The notes under the pieces: model-generated | Told to the model about the DNA's origin: nothing | The model's database searches: none | The model's input: the letters and a program-made list of their open reading frames with translations, nothing else | Made by a program: the position numbers and the translations under genes | Shown: piece after piece, positions 27,322-36,400 of the stretch | Position numbering within the stretch: the first letter of the stretch is position 1 | How the letters are laid out: each line of letters opens with the position of its first letter | Virus record (IMG/VR): IMGVR_UViG_3300046517_001709 | Span: 424 to 64,423 of that record | Reading direction: 5' to 3' (one strand) | DNA length: 64,000 bases | From: a virus | Taxonomy: Duplodnaviria; Caudoviricetes

Positions 27322-28467
27322 GTGCGGGTGCTCGTGACCGGCGCGGCCGGCTTCATCGGATCCCACCTTGTCCGCGCCCTGGAAGCCCGCGGAGACGACG
27401 TAGCGGGCCTGGACATCGTCGACGGGCCGCAGTTCGACGCGCTGGACTTCTTCCGCACCGACGGCACGCGGTATGACTTGGCGATTCACTGTGCCGCGGT
27501 CATCGGCGGACGGCAGGGCATCGACGGGTCACCGCTCGCGGTCGCCACGAACCTTGCGCTGGACAGTTGGTACTTCAACTGGCTGGTCCGGACCGGCACG
27601 CCGCGAGCGGTGTATTTCAGCTCCTCGGCCTGCTACCCGGTGGATCTCCAGAACGACTACGCGACGGCGCGCGAGCTGCGTGAAGACGACATTCGCCTGG
27701 ACGCCTACAACATCGGCCGCCCGGACGCCGTCTACGGCCTGGCGAAGCTCGTCGGCGAGCAGCTGGCCGAGTACGCCCGTGCGGCTGGCGTTGACGTGCT
27801 CGTGTGTCGCCCATTTTCGGGCTTCGGCGAGGACCAATCGCCGGATTACCCGTTCTCGGCGATCATCGACCGCGCCCGGCGTCGTGAGGACCCGTTCGAC
27901 ATCTGGGGCGACGGTCGCCAGGTCCGAGACTGGGTCTACATCGATGACGTGGTCGGCGCCGTCCTAGCCGCGCTCGATGCCGGCGAGCAGGGCCCGCTGA
28001 ACATCGGCAGCGGCGTCGCCACGTCGTTCGACGAGCTCGCGGCGTCCATCGTTGCCCAGGTCGGCGGCGGCTACCGCCCGGCGTTCCGGCACTTGGAGGA
28101 CAAGCCTGCCGGGGTGGCGTACCGCGTGGCCGACCCGACGCGGATGCTCGCGCTGTACAAGCCTCGCGTCAGCCTCCAGGAGGGCATCGCCCGAGCCCTG
28201 GCCGTCCCGGAGACGGTCCGGCTCGCCCACGGCGAGAGCATCAAGCGGGGCGCCATGACGGCCATGCGGCGGGAGCTGGACTGGCGGTTCGACGATCCGC
28301 GCGAGGTGACCTTCTACAAGCGGTACCGCGAGGGGAAGCGGGTCGTGATCGTCACGGACGAGTTCCTAGAGGACTACGTGGGGAACGTGTGGTCCTGCGT
28401 CGAAGGGCAGCTTGACGAAGGCGCCCGCCGCGAGCGCGGCCACTACGTGAACGGCACCCCGGTCTGA
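27322..28467 (+). CDS. NAD-dependent epimerase/dehydratase (extended SDR)
   Basis: VLVTGAAGFIGSHL, SSS, YGLAK, WGDG.QVRDWVYIDDV. Confidence 0.93.
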   Translation: MRVLVTGAAGFIGSHLVRALEARGDDVAGLDIVDGPQFDALDFFRTDGTRYDLAIHCAAVIGGRQGIDGSPLAVATNLALDSWYFNWLVRTGTPRAVYFSSSACYPVDLQNDYATARELREDDIRLDAYNIGRPDAVYGLAKLVGEQLAEYARAAGVDVLVCRPFSGFGEDQSPDYPFSAIIDRARRREDPFDIWGDGRQVRDWVYIDDVVGAVLAALDAGEQGPLNIGSGVATSFDELAASIVAQVGGGYRPAFRHLEDKPAGVAYRVADPTRMLALYKPRVSLQEGIARALAVPETVRLAHGESIKRGAMTAMRRELDWRFDDPREVTFYKRYREGKRVVIVTDEFLEDYVGNVWSCVEGQLDEGARRERGHYVNGTPV

Positions 28468-28517
28468 AGTGCCCGCCCACGGGATCCGCGCTGGACTCCG
28501 CCCATAGCCTGACGACC

Positions 28518-28886
28518 ATGGGTGGCCTCAGCAACGGATGGGACGCGGTGCTCCCGGCGGGATCCGCCATGAGCGCTGCGTTCGGTCTCAGCAACGACGA
28601 CGGCACCCCCTACAACGTCAGCGGCCTGACGTGGGAGTACGTCGTCCACTCCGATCCGGCCGACGCGTCGCCGCTCATCTCGGTCACGACGACCCCGAAC
28701 GCCCAGGGCTCGCTGACCGTCACCACGAGCCCGACCACCCAGGTCGCGCTCAGCCTGCTGCACGCCGCCACGGCCGCCCTGCCGCCCGCGGCCTACCGGC
28801 ACGCCCTGTGGTCCAACCCGGGCCAGCCCAGCGCCCTGTGCTGGATGCAGGGCACGCTGACCGTCGCCCGCGTGGCCCAGCCGTAG
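28518..28886 (+). CDS. beta-rich phage structural-type protein (fibre adaptor-like)
   Basis: D.GTPYNVSG...QGTLTV pattern; TAGCCT -10 box 7 nt upstream. Confidence 0.6.
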   Translation: MGGLSNGWDAVLPAGSAMSAAFGLSNDDGTPYNVSGLTWEYVVHSDPADASPLISVTTTPNAQGSLTVTTSPTTQVALSLLHAATAALPPAAYRHALWSNPGQPSALCWMQGTLTVARVAQP

Positions 28887-28896
28887 GAGGCCGACG

Positions 28897-30117
28897 ATGC
28901 CCGACATCACCGTCACCGAGACCGGCCCGACCGTCTCCGTCGGCGACGCCGTGACGCCGATCGTGACCGTCTCCGCGCTCGGGACACCCGGCGCGACGGG
29001 AGCCACGGGCGCCACCGGCCCGGCAGGGCCGACGGGACCCACGGGCCCGACCGGCGCCACCGGGCCGACCGGCGCAACAGGACCACAGGGCGCTACGGGC
29101 GCGACAGGAGCGACGGGCGCTACCGGCCCGCAGGGACCGGCAGGACCCGGCGGCGGAGGAGCCCTGCGCGGCACCTGGGCCGTCGGCACCTCCTACGTCG
29201 CCAACGACGTCGTCGTCCTCAACGAGCGCGCCTTCGAGGCCGTACAGGCCGGGACCGGCCACGACCCGCTGCCCGCCACCCAGCTGTTCGCCGGACCGCC
29301 CGGCACCATCGACGCCGGCGACGGCGCCGCGTACGAGATGGGCCTGAAGGTCCAGCCGACCGCCGACGTCCGCATGACCGCGGTCGCGTTCTACAAGGCC
29401 ACCGCCAACACCGGCACCCACGTCGGACGCCTGTGGCGGCTCGGCGCGAACAGCGTCTACTACAAGGTCACCGAGGCGACGTTCACCGGCGAGACGTCCT
29501 CGGGCTGGCAGAGCATGCCGCTGGCCGCGGACCTGGCCGCTGGGGACACCTACGTCGTGTCGTGCGCGTTCCCCGCCGGGCATTACTCCTTCGACTCCGG
29601 GTATTTCAACGCCCCGGTCACGGTCGGCTCGATCACCGCGCCGGTCGGCGCCGGGATGTACTCCACGACAGTCGGCCACGTTCCCGATCACGTCGGCGGG
29701 AACGCGAACTACTGGGTGACGCCGATCTGGGGCGAGCCGAACCCGACGTGGTGGCAGGAGATCGGCGCCTGGCAGGACATCGCCGGATTCCCCTCGGCGC
29801 AGGAAGCCGCCGCGCAGTACGTCCTGTCGCAGATCGGCGCACTCGGCGGTATCGCGGGCCTGGACGGCGCCGGCCACCTGGCGTCCACCGCCTCCGGCAC
29901 TGCGGCCGTCGCGGCCGGGTCCACGTCCGTGTCGGTCGCCCACGGCCTGCCGCGCGTCCCAACGCTCCAGCAGGTCGACGTCACGCCCACGAACAATCTG
30001 GGCTCGGCGACGAAGCTGTGGGTGTCCGCCGTCGATGCCACGAACATCACCGTCAACACCGACGTCGCCCCCGGCGGATCCGGTGCCACCTTCGGATGGC
30101 GGGTCCTGAACGTCTGA
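28897..30117 (+). CDS. collagen-like protein with DUF4082-like domain
   Basis: 19 Gly-X-Y triplets; GTW...SY..NDVV CBM-like motif; [24 protein letters not shown]. Confidence 0.85.
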   Translation: MPDITVTETGPTVSVGDAVTPIVTVSALGTPGATGATGATGPAGPTGPTGPTGATGPTGATGPQGATGATGATGATGPQGPAGPGGGGALRGTWAVGTSYVANDVVVLNERAFEAVQAGTGHDPLPATQLFAGPPGTIDAGDGAAYEMGLKVQPTADVRMTAVAFYKATANTGTHVGRLWRLGANSVYYKVTEATFTGETSSGWQSMPLAADLAAGDTYVVSCAFPAGHYSFDSGYFNAPVTVGSITAPVGAGMYSTTVGHVPDHVGGNANYWVTPIWGEPNPTWWQEIGAWQDIAGFPSAQEAAAQYVLSQIGALGGIAGLDGAGHLASTASGTAAVAAGSTSVSVAHGLPRVPTLQQVDVTPTNNLGSATKLWVSAVDATNITVNTDVAPGGSGATFGWRVLNV

Positions 30118-30171
30118 CCTTGACGCGGCCGGTGTGATGGGAACGCTGACCGCCGAGCCCTGGAGACGACC

Positions 30172-30621
30172 GTGCTGCTGATCGAACGGATCGCCGTGAT
30201 CCGAGGCCATGCCCGGCGCCACTCATGCTGCTCGCAGGAGGTCGAACGGCACCTCGACGAACTCCAGGCCGAAGTCGACCAGTTGCTCGCACTCGCACGC
30301 GCCAACGACCGGGCCCCCGCCCGCATCCACGTCACCGTCACCACGGAAGGCAACACCATGACCACCTTCGCCCCCGGCGCCCCGATCACCTTCACCGCGG
30401 GCTCGGACAACGCCGAGAACCAGCCCGTCGCTGACACCTACACCTGGACGTCCACCGCCGGTACCATCGTGCCCGGCCCGGACTCGACGACCATCACGAT
30501 CAGCGACGCCCCGCTCGGCGACGTCACCGCGACCGCGACCGACCCGCTCGGCATCGCCGGCTCCGCGACCGCCACCGTCGCCGACCAGACACCGACCGTC
30601 GTCAACGTCACCGTCTCCTGA
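30172..30621 (+). CDS. protein with C-terminal Ig-like domain (start uncertain, alternative ATG 30358)
   Basis: Thr-rich beta pattern YTWT..VTATATD. Confidence 0.6.
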   Translation: MLLIERIAVIRGHARRHSCCSQEVERHLDELQAEVDQLLALARANDRAPARIHVTVTTEGNTMTTFAPGAPITFTAGSDNAENQPVADTYTWTSTAGTIVPGPDSTTITISDAPLGDVTATATDPLGIAGSATATVADQTPTVVNVTVS

Positions 30622-30626
30622 CGGCC

Positions 30627-31238
30627 ATGCACGACCCGCTCGTCGTCGCCTTCGAGATCCGGCGACCCTGGCCGCGCATCGAGAAGACGACGACGCGCCG
30701 ACGCCGCTACTGGCCGTCGCTCATCACCGTCTGGCACCGCGAACCCGGCGGCCACGACTCCGGCACCGTCTGCCGCTGGTCCGGCTCCTGGAGGTGGCAC
30801 GTCCACCACTGGCGCATCCAAGTGCACCCCCTCCAGCAGCTGCGCCGGTGGGCTTTGACCCGGTGCGAGTGGTGTGGCGGCCGCAGCCGCAAGGACGACA
30901 GGGTCAACTTCAGCTCGTCCTGGGACGGCGTCCGCACCCGCTGGTGGCGCGGCGAACGTGCCCTCCGTCACCACGACTGCGACACCGTCTGGCGTGCCAG
31001 TCGCAAGTGCCTCTGCGACACCCCGCAGCTCGACCACAGCAGCTACGGAACCTGCGCTACCTGCGGAAAGTCCCGCGCTTACGGCGCCGACGTCACCGAA
31101 GCCGACCAGCTGCTGGCCGCGCTGCCCGTACGCTCGCGCATCCCCGTCGAACTCCGACCCCGCCTCGAAGCGATCTGGAACGCCGCGCTGATCGCGCGCG
31201 GCGTCGACCCGGCCCACACCGTCAAGCCCTGGCGCTGA
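30627..31238 (+). CDS. hypothetical protein
   Basis: MHDPLVVAFEIRRPWP..TVWHREP; Cys motifs. Confidence 0.75.
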   Translation: MHDPLVVAFEIRRPWPRIEKTTTRRRRYWPSLITVWHREPGGHDSGTVCRWSGSWRWHVHHWRIQVHPLQQLRRWALTRCEWCGGRSRKDDRVNFSSSWDGVRTRWWRGERALRHHDCDTVWRASRKCLCDTPQLDHSSYGTCATCGKSRAYGADVTEADQLLAALPVRSRIPVELRPRLEAIWNAALIARGVDPAHTVKPWR

Positions 31239-31270
31239 CGCGCCGTCCGACTACGAAGGAGCGCAGCGCC

Positions 31271-31570
31271 ATGACGTTCAGCTTCACCGCCGCCGGCACC
31301 AAGGACCAGGTCCGCCAGCAGCTCGCGGCCAGCGAGGCCCAGCACCGCCAGTGGAACAACCACACCCCGCTCCTCGCCAGCGTCTACGAGCTCATCGGCG
31401 CCCACCTGGACCACAGCAACTACGCCGGCGGCCTCATCGTCGAGGCCAGCGGCCACCACGACACCTCCTACGGCCAGTTGAACCTGAGCATCAGGTCGCT
31501 GAACATCCCGGCCGTCCCCGAGGAGCAGACGAAGGACGAACCGGAGCCGGCCGAGGAGCCAGCGACCTGA
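31271..31570 (+). CDS. hypothetical protein
   Basis: AAGGAG RBS; IVEASGH motif. Confidence 0.75.
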   Translation: MTFSFTAAGTKDQVRQQLAASEAQHRQWNNHTPLLASVYELIGAHLDHSNYAGGLIVEASGHHDTSYGQLNLSIRSLNIPAVPEEQTKDEPEPAEEPAT

Positions 31571-31580
31571 CCGCACAGCA

Positions 31581-31623
31581 GAACGCCCCGGACTCGTGGG
31601 AGGTCCGGGGCGTTCGGCGTTTC
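31581..31623 (+). terminator. putative intrinsic terminator
   Basis: GAACGCCCCGGAC/GTCCGGGGCGTTC 13-bp stem followed by GGCGTTTC. Confidence 0.65.
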
Positions 31624-31668
31624 ATGGTGGGGACGGAAGCCGCTGGCTGGCCGCCGTACCCTGGCCCC

Positions 31669-32179
31669 ATGGACATCGCCGAGTTCATCACTACGCGGCT
31701 GACCGATCTCGAACGCCTCGCACACGACGCCGAGGGCAGCGGTGACGGCGCCTGGGAATCCGTCGTCGGCGCCATGGGCCCCGAGGTGCGCGTGGAGGAC
31801 GGAGTCGTCTGGGCGCGCGAGACGCCGTGGGATGTATGGGGTTGCGACGACTACTCCGACGAGGAAGGGTGCGTGGACGCCCGCGCCGGGTGGATGCGGC
31901 AGGCCGAGCACATCGCGGCCCACGATCCCGCTCACGTCCTGGCGGACATCGCCTCCAAGCGGGCGATCGTCGAGGACTACGTCACAACCTGCCGGATCCG
32001 AGATGAGGCCGCCGGGCGCATTCAGGAAGCAAGCACATGCATCCGGCCGGATCGTTCATGCGGACTACGACGAGTGGGGGCGTGCGGACCGGGAGGCGTC
32101 CCTGCTTGATGGCGTTGTCCAGCGCTTGGCGGCACAGTTCGCTGTCCATCCCGAGTACAAGGAGAGCTGGAAGTCGTGA
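31669..32179 (+). pseudogene. DUF6221-family protein, frameshifted
   Basis: N-terminal DIAEFITTRL and HDPAHVLADIASKR in one frame; C-terminal HPEYKESW in the +1 frame; AAGCAAGC at 32027-32034. Confidence 0.7.
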
Positions 32180-32457
32180 CCATCGTTGGTTTCATCAGCG
32201 CCCGCTTGGACGACGACGAGCGGATCGCCAACGAGTCGAAGCGCCCCGACTCGTGGATCCGCAGGCTCTTGCGTGAGATCGCCGCCAAGCGCCGCGTACT
32301 GACGCGGCACAGCGGCCACGGCCTGATATGTGACGGATGCGGCAACGATTACATGAGCAGCGAGTCCCGCTACCTCCTTGAGGAGTGCCCCGAGCTCCGT
32401 GACCTTGCCGCGCCGTTCGCAACGCACCCTGACTATGACGAGAGCTGGAAGCCGTGA
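32176..32457 (+). CDS. DUF6221-family protein
   Basis: FISARLDDDE..EIAAKRR..LAAPFATHPDYDESW. Confidence 0.85.
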   Translation: MTIVGFISARLDDDERIANESKRPDSWIRRLLREIAAKRRVLTRHSGHGLICDGCGNDYMSSESRYLLEECPELRDLAAPFATHPDYDESWKP

Positions 32458-32963
32458 CCGACCTCGCAGCCTTCCTGACCGCGCGCTGGGACGAGCAGGA
32501 AGCCCGGCTGCGCAGGGGCTGGTACAGCGATACCCACTGGAAGGTGTTCGAGACCCGCATCATGCTCGGCACCTGGACGGTATCGCGCCAGCGCGGCATC
32601 AGCGTCGCGCTGAACGACGAGATCGCGCTGGCTGGCCTGAAGCTTCTCCGCGAGCTCCAGGACGAATGGCGGCGGCAGGAAGCCGAACCGCTGCTAGCTG
32701 ACCTCGCCGCCAAGCGGGTGGTCCTGGCCGAAGTCGCATCCTGGCAGCACGCCCTTGTCGACGGCGACACCTGGCTCTCCTGCGCGCAGGCGGTTGACGA
32801 GCACTATGGGGAAGGACGCCCCGGATCGGGTTGCGCCGACGACCGCCGCGCCGGAGGCCCCTGCGACTGCGGCCTCGAACGGCGGCGCGAGGCGATCCTG
32901 CGCCCCATGGCGTCGCCGTTCAGCGCACACCCGGAGTTCAAGGCGGAGTGGGTGACGGCGTGA
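32454..32963 (+). CDS. DUF6221-family protein
   Basis: DLAAFLTAR..DLAAKR..PFSAHPEFKAEW. Confidence 0.85.
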   Translation: MTDLAAFLTARWDEQEARLRRGWYSDTHWKVFETRIMLGTWTVSRQRGISVALNDEIALAGLKLLRELQDEWRRQEAEPLLADLAAKRVVLAEVASWQHALVDGDTWLSCAQAVDEHYGEGRPGSGCADDRRAGGPCDCGLERRREAILRPMASPFSAHPEFKAEWVTA

Positions 32964-33397
32964 CCGACATCGTCGCCTTCCTGACCGCGCGTCTCGACGA
33001 GCAGGCCGCAGCGCTGATTGAGTACGTCGAGAAGCGTCACACCGCGAAGATGTCGGACGCCTTCTCGCATGGGTTCATGGTCACTGACGCCAGCGCACGG
33101 ATGGTCCTGCCGTATCCGACCCCCCTGCGATCGCTGAGCCCCTATGAATACGACGCGGCCATCTGGCTTGACGCGGACATCGCCTCCAAGCGGGGCATCA
33201 TCCAGCAGTGGCAGGAGGCCGACGCCGCCTGCCGGCGCAACGTCGGCGACCAGATGCTGAACGCAGTTCATATGGCGACCCTGCAGGTCGTTCTCGTGTC
33301 GCTCGCCAGCGCGTACCGAGCCCACCCCCGCTATGCCGGAGGCAAGGTGGACGACTGGACGTGGCCCGGGGCGGCCGACGAAGGGAATTTGACATGA
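32960..33397 (+). CDS. DUF6221-family protein
   Basis: DIVAFLTARLDE..DIASKR..LASAYRAHP. Confidence 0.8.
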   Translation: MTDIVAFLTARLDEQAAALIEYVEKRHTAKMSDAFSHGFMVTDASARMVLPYPTPLRSLSPYEYDAAIWLDADIASKRGIIQQWQEADAACRRNVGDQMLNAVHMATLQVVLVSLASAYRAHPRYAGGKVDDWTWPGAADEGNLT

Positions 33398-33579
33398 AGA
33401 TCCTGCGCCGCCTCGCCGGCCACAAGACGACGAGCCGCACTCAGGGACCTGACCGCTACGCCCGCGCGGGCTGCTCCTGCGGCGCGACGTTCAAAGCGCC
33501 TGACGGGCGGTTCCTGCTGGGCGACTTCGACATCTGGGAGAAGACGCACGGCCGCCTCGAACCCACCGAAGGAGCCTGA
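33394..33579 (+). CDS. small Zn-binding protein
   Basis: GH..CSCG..H. Confidence 0.6.
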   Translation: MKILRRLAGHKTTSRTQGPDRYARAGCSCGATFKAPDGRFLLGDFDIWEKTHGRLEPTEGA

Positions 33580-33580
33580 C

Positions 33581-33853
33581 GTGAGCGACCTAGATGCGGC
33601 GATCCGCGCGAAGCTCGACGGCTACGTTAACGAAGGCTGCGGCTACAGCGGCCACGATTGCCAGGTGACCGGCCACGAGGAGATGAAGGCCGCACTCCTC
33701 GGCGCCCTCGATCAGCACTCGCTGGCGGAGTTCTACGGCGCCGCCGTCGCAGATCCCTCGACGTGGATCTGCCAGAGGTGCCACGAGGCCGACCCGTGCC
33801 CCACGAGGTGGGCCATCGCGACCGCGCTCGGGATCGAGGTGGGTGGTGGCTGA
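33581..33853 (+). CDS. hypothetical protein
   Basis: H...CQRC...PCPT motif; RBS. Confidence 0.7.
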   Translation: MSDLDAAIRAKLDGYVNEGCGYSGHDCQVTGHEEMKAALLGALDQHSLAEFYGAAVADPSTWICQRCHEADPCPTRWAIATALGIEVGGG

Positions 33854-34100
33854 CACGCGCCCCATGGGCATCCGGAAGGCACTGCCCAACCCGTGGCGGT
33901 ACGACCCCGCCAAGCCGTGGGTCTGGTGCTGCCGGTCCTGCCGCCTCGAAGCCACGTACCCGGCCGCGACCCTCCCCGAGGCCTACGCCGACGCGCTGGA
34001 GCACCTCGAAGACGAGCACGTTGCGGTGGCTTCCGAGGCTTACGCTGCCGCGATGAAGCACTTCGAGAACGAGCACGGCGGACTGGATGCTGCACGATGA
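33846..34100 (+). CDS. hypothetical protein
   Basis: W.CRSC..H...H. Confidence 0.6.
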   Translation: MADTRPMGIRKALPNPWRYDPAKPWVWCCRSCRLEATYPAATLPEAYADALEHLEDEHVAVASEAYAAAMKHFENEHGGLDAAR

Positions 34101-34363
34101 GCGATTCCGGCGACCACCCGCTGTCCAGCACCGACGTCCTCACCGACCTCGCCGCGACGACCGCGTTCGTGCGCGCCGACCGCGCCGCGCAGGCGTTCCG
34201 TGACGCCCTAGACGAGCTGCTGCACTCCGGCGAGCACGTCGAGGAAGCGCGCCGTGCGAATGAGCAGCTTCTCGCGCTCGCGGCGGGAGCCATGGGCGTG
34301 AAGATCCATATCCCGGCCGACATTGCGGAGCGGCACGGGCTCGACGAGGACGGAGGCGAGTGA
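34097..34363 (+). CDS. hypothetical protein
   Basis: Overlap. Confidence 0.6.
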   Translation: MSDSGDHPLSSTDVLTDLAATTAFVRADRAAQAFRDALDELLHSGEHVEEARRANEQLLALAAGAMGVKIHIPADIAERHGLDEDGGE

Positions 34364-34364
34364 C

Positions 34365-34607
34365 GTGAGCGACTACCAACGCATCGCCGAACTGTGGCCG
34401 CACGTGGACGGCTGGCCCGATCCGCCCGCGCTCGAAACCGCGACCCGCGAGGACACCGAAATATACGCCGGGATCCGGCTCGCGGCGCAGTGCCTGATCG
34501 ACGCCGAGAAACGCGCGATGCCGGCCGCGATGCGAAGCACGGCCGAACAGGCGTGGCAGTGGGGGCGTCAGCAGTGGGCCAAGATGCAGAGACAGCGAAC
34601 GACATGA
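34365..34607 (+). CDS. hypothetical protein
   Basis: GGAGG RBS. Confidence 0.6.
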   Translation: MSDYQRIAELWPHVDGWPDPPALETATREDTEIYAGIRLAAQCLIDAEKRAMPAAMRSTAEQAWQWGRQQWAKMQRQRTT

Positions 34608-34768
34608 CCGCCGGCCCTCGCGATCTGGCCCGGGACGACGACGACCGGCCGCCCCGACGCCCGATGTGCCGCTGCATCGTGGTGCCGCAATCGCTGGCGG
34701 ACCGGATCCAGGTCGAGGCGCATCCGGACCTGATCGAGCTGGACGCGCGGATGGAGCGAGAGCTGTGA
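34604..34768 (+). CDS. hypothetical protein
   Basis: Overlap; RPMCRC. Confidence 0.5.
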   Translation: MTAGPRDLARDDDDRPPRRPMCRCIVVPQSLADRIQVEAHPDLIELDARMEREL

Positions 34769-35052
34769 CCGCCGACCCCGCCGGCGGCACGTTCGCCGAG
34801 AAGCTGGACGCCGCAGCCGGGCCGCTGCGACGCATGGGCGCCATCACCGCCCAGATCGCGCTCGCCACGATCCCGGCCGACGCCTCCTGCCACTGCCTGT
34901 GCTCGATCTACGAGCCGCACGCCTGCGACGGGTGGCGCGCCGACGACTGCATCCGCGAGATCCCCGGTGGGAAGCTGTTCGGCAAGCAGCTGGCGGCGGT
35001 CGTCGTACCGCTGTGCCGGGGCTGCTTCGGGGCCGAGCTGCGGAAGGGTTGA
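34765..35052 (+). CDS. Cys-rich hypothetical protein
   Basis: CHCLC..H.C..VPLCRGC. Confidence 0.6.
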   Translation: MTADPAGGTFAEKLDAAAGPLRRMGAITAQIALATIPADASCHCLCSIYEPHACDGWRADDCIREIPGGKLFGKQLAAVVVPLCRGCFGAELRKG

Positions 35053-35055
35053 GAC

Positions 35056-35364
35056 ATGGCCAGTGTTGCGCTCAGTGGCCTCTGCTGCGTTTGTGGATCC
35101 ACCGACGTTGTCTACCGCAACTATCGAAAACAGCAGTTCTGCGCGACCTGCGCGGACGGTAACAGCACGACGCCTGAACCCTCGGCTGACCCGGTTGTTG
35201 TTGCTCGCGCGTTCCTTGATCGAATCGACCGGGCACGTGACGGCCAGCTTCACGGCTGGGCTGTTGACGACCTTCCGCTCTACCCAACCGACGCGAGCCT
35301 GCCGACGCTGACCGTTGGTATCGTGCGGCGCCTACTGGCCGAGATCGACCGCAGGGAGAGCTGA
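35056..35364 (+). CDS. C4 Zn-finger protein
   Basis: CCVCGS..VVYRNY..QFCATCADG. Confidence 0.65.
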   Translation: MASVALSGLCCVCGSTDVVYRNYRKQQFCATCADGNSTTPEPSADPVVVARAFLDRIDRARDGQLHGWAVDDLPLYPTDASLPTLTVGIVRRLLAEIDRRES

Positions 35365-36119
35365 TGGACCACTCCGGTGGCATCCTTCAACGGACGGCCC
35401 GCGTACCGTACCGCTGCGACACCGGCGCCCTAATCCTGGCCATCAGGAAGACCTTCGTCGACTTCTACAGTGCTACGGCCCGCGAGCCCTGCGCCGTCCG
35501 GCTGCACCCGGCCGACCTGGCTGCTCTGCGGCTTCTCCCCGCGGAGTACTGCCACGCGGCGGGCGGCGGCCAGGTGGACCGGCTCCTCAACATGATCGTG
35601 ATCGAGGATGCCGCGATGCAGCCCGCCGAGGCGCGACTCGAACGCTGCCGAGCGGAGCACCGTCATGCGCTCGACTGCGAACACGCACTTGACCCCGGCG
35701 GCCAGGAAGCCGAGCGGGAGCGGCGATGGTTTTACACGAAGAAGGCGGTGGAGAAGTTCTCCATCCCGATGTCCACGCCGCCTGCGACCTTGGCAGATGG
35801 TGGGCTTGGCACCTACCGACGGCGCCCAAACGAAGTGCACACCAAGCACGGGTTGAAGCTCGAAGCCGTTCAGGCCGTCCGCTGGGTTGGCGGCAACCTC
35901 AACCAGATGAGCGCGTTCGCCGGTGCCAGCGCGAGAATGAGCCGCTACAGCCACCATGGCGACAGCGTGCTGCTGCCACGCCCGGACAATGGCGGCGCGA
36001 TCGCGGTTGCCCTGGGCCAATGGGCCGTCCGGACCGAATCCGGCGCCATCTATGTGATGGCGGACTGGGCTTTCTCCGAGGACTACGAGCGCGTCTCCGG
36101 TCCGGATGAGCTCAGATGA
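35364..36119 (+). CDS. hypothetical protein
   Basis: TGATG overlap; C-terminal YRRRP..VQAVRW..G.W....F...YE phage domain. Confidence 0.65.
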   Translation: MDHSGGILQRTARVPYRCDTGALILAIRKTFVDFYSATAREPCAVRLHPADLAALRLLPAEYCHAAGGGQVDRLLNMIVIEDAAMQPAEARLERCRAEHRHALDCEHALDPGGQEAERERRWFYTKKAVEKFSIPMSTPPATLADGGLGTYRRRPNEVHTKHGLKLEAVQAVRWVGGNLNQMSAFAGASARMSRYSHHGDSVLLPRPDNGGAIAVALGQWAVRTESGAIYVMADWAFSEDYERVSGPDELR

Positions 36120-36400
36120 AGCGCGGCCGGATGCAGTGCAAGGACATCCCCGACGAGCTCGTCATCCAGGCGGTCGTCAACACCACCGAGAAGGGCCCGG
36201 GGAGCTGGCGGCGCTGGGATGACGTGTGGCCGCAGTTCGAACGGCTGCTGCCCGGCGTCCCCGGCCCCTTGTTCTATGCCAAGGTCGATCGGATGCAGCT
36301 CCGTGCGCAGCCCCGCATCCACGCCTGCGTGCACACGCCCTACCGCAAGGGCCAGTGCCGAGGCGACGTGCATTTGGCCGAGGAGTGCAAAGGGTGCTGA
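36116..36400 (+). CDS. hypothetical protein
   Basis: MQCKDIPD..CRGD motif. Confidence 0.7.
   Translation: MKRGRMQCKDIPDELVIQAVVNTTEKGPGSWRRWDDVWPQFERLLPGVPGPLFYAKVDRMQLRAQPRIHACVHTPYRKGQCRGDVHLAEECKGC

Noticed and set aside
28981-29151. 9-bp periodic repeats as CRISPR or VNTR
   Set aside because: Explained by Gly-X-Y collagen coding; no repeat-spacer structure or cas genes seen in the window.
31669-33397. Diversity-generating retroelement or invertible shufflon behind the DUF6221 array
   Set aside because: No reverse transcriptase, recombinase or near-identical DNA repeats; similarity is mainly at the protein level.
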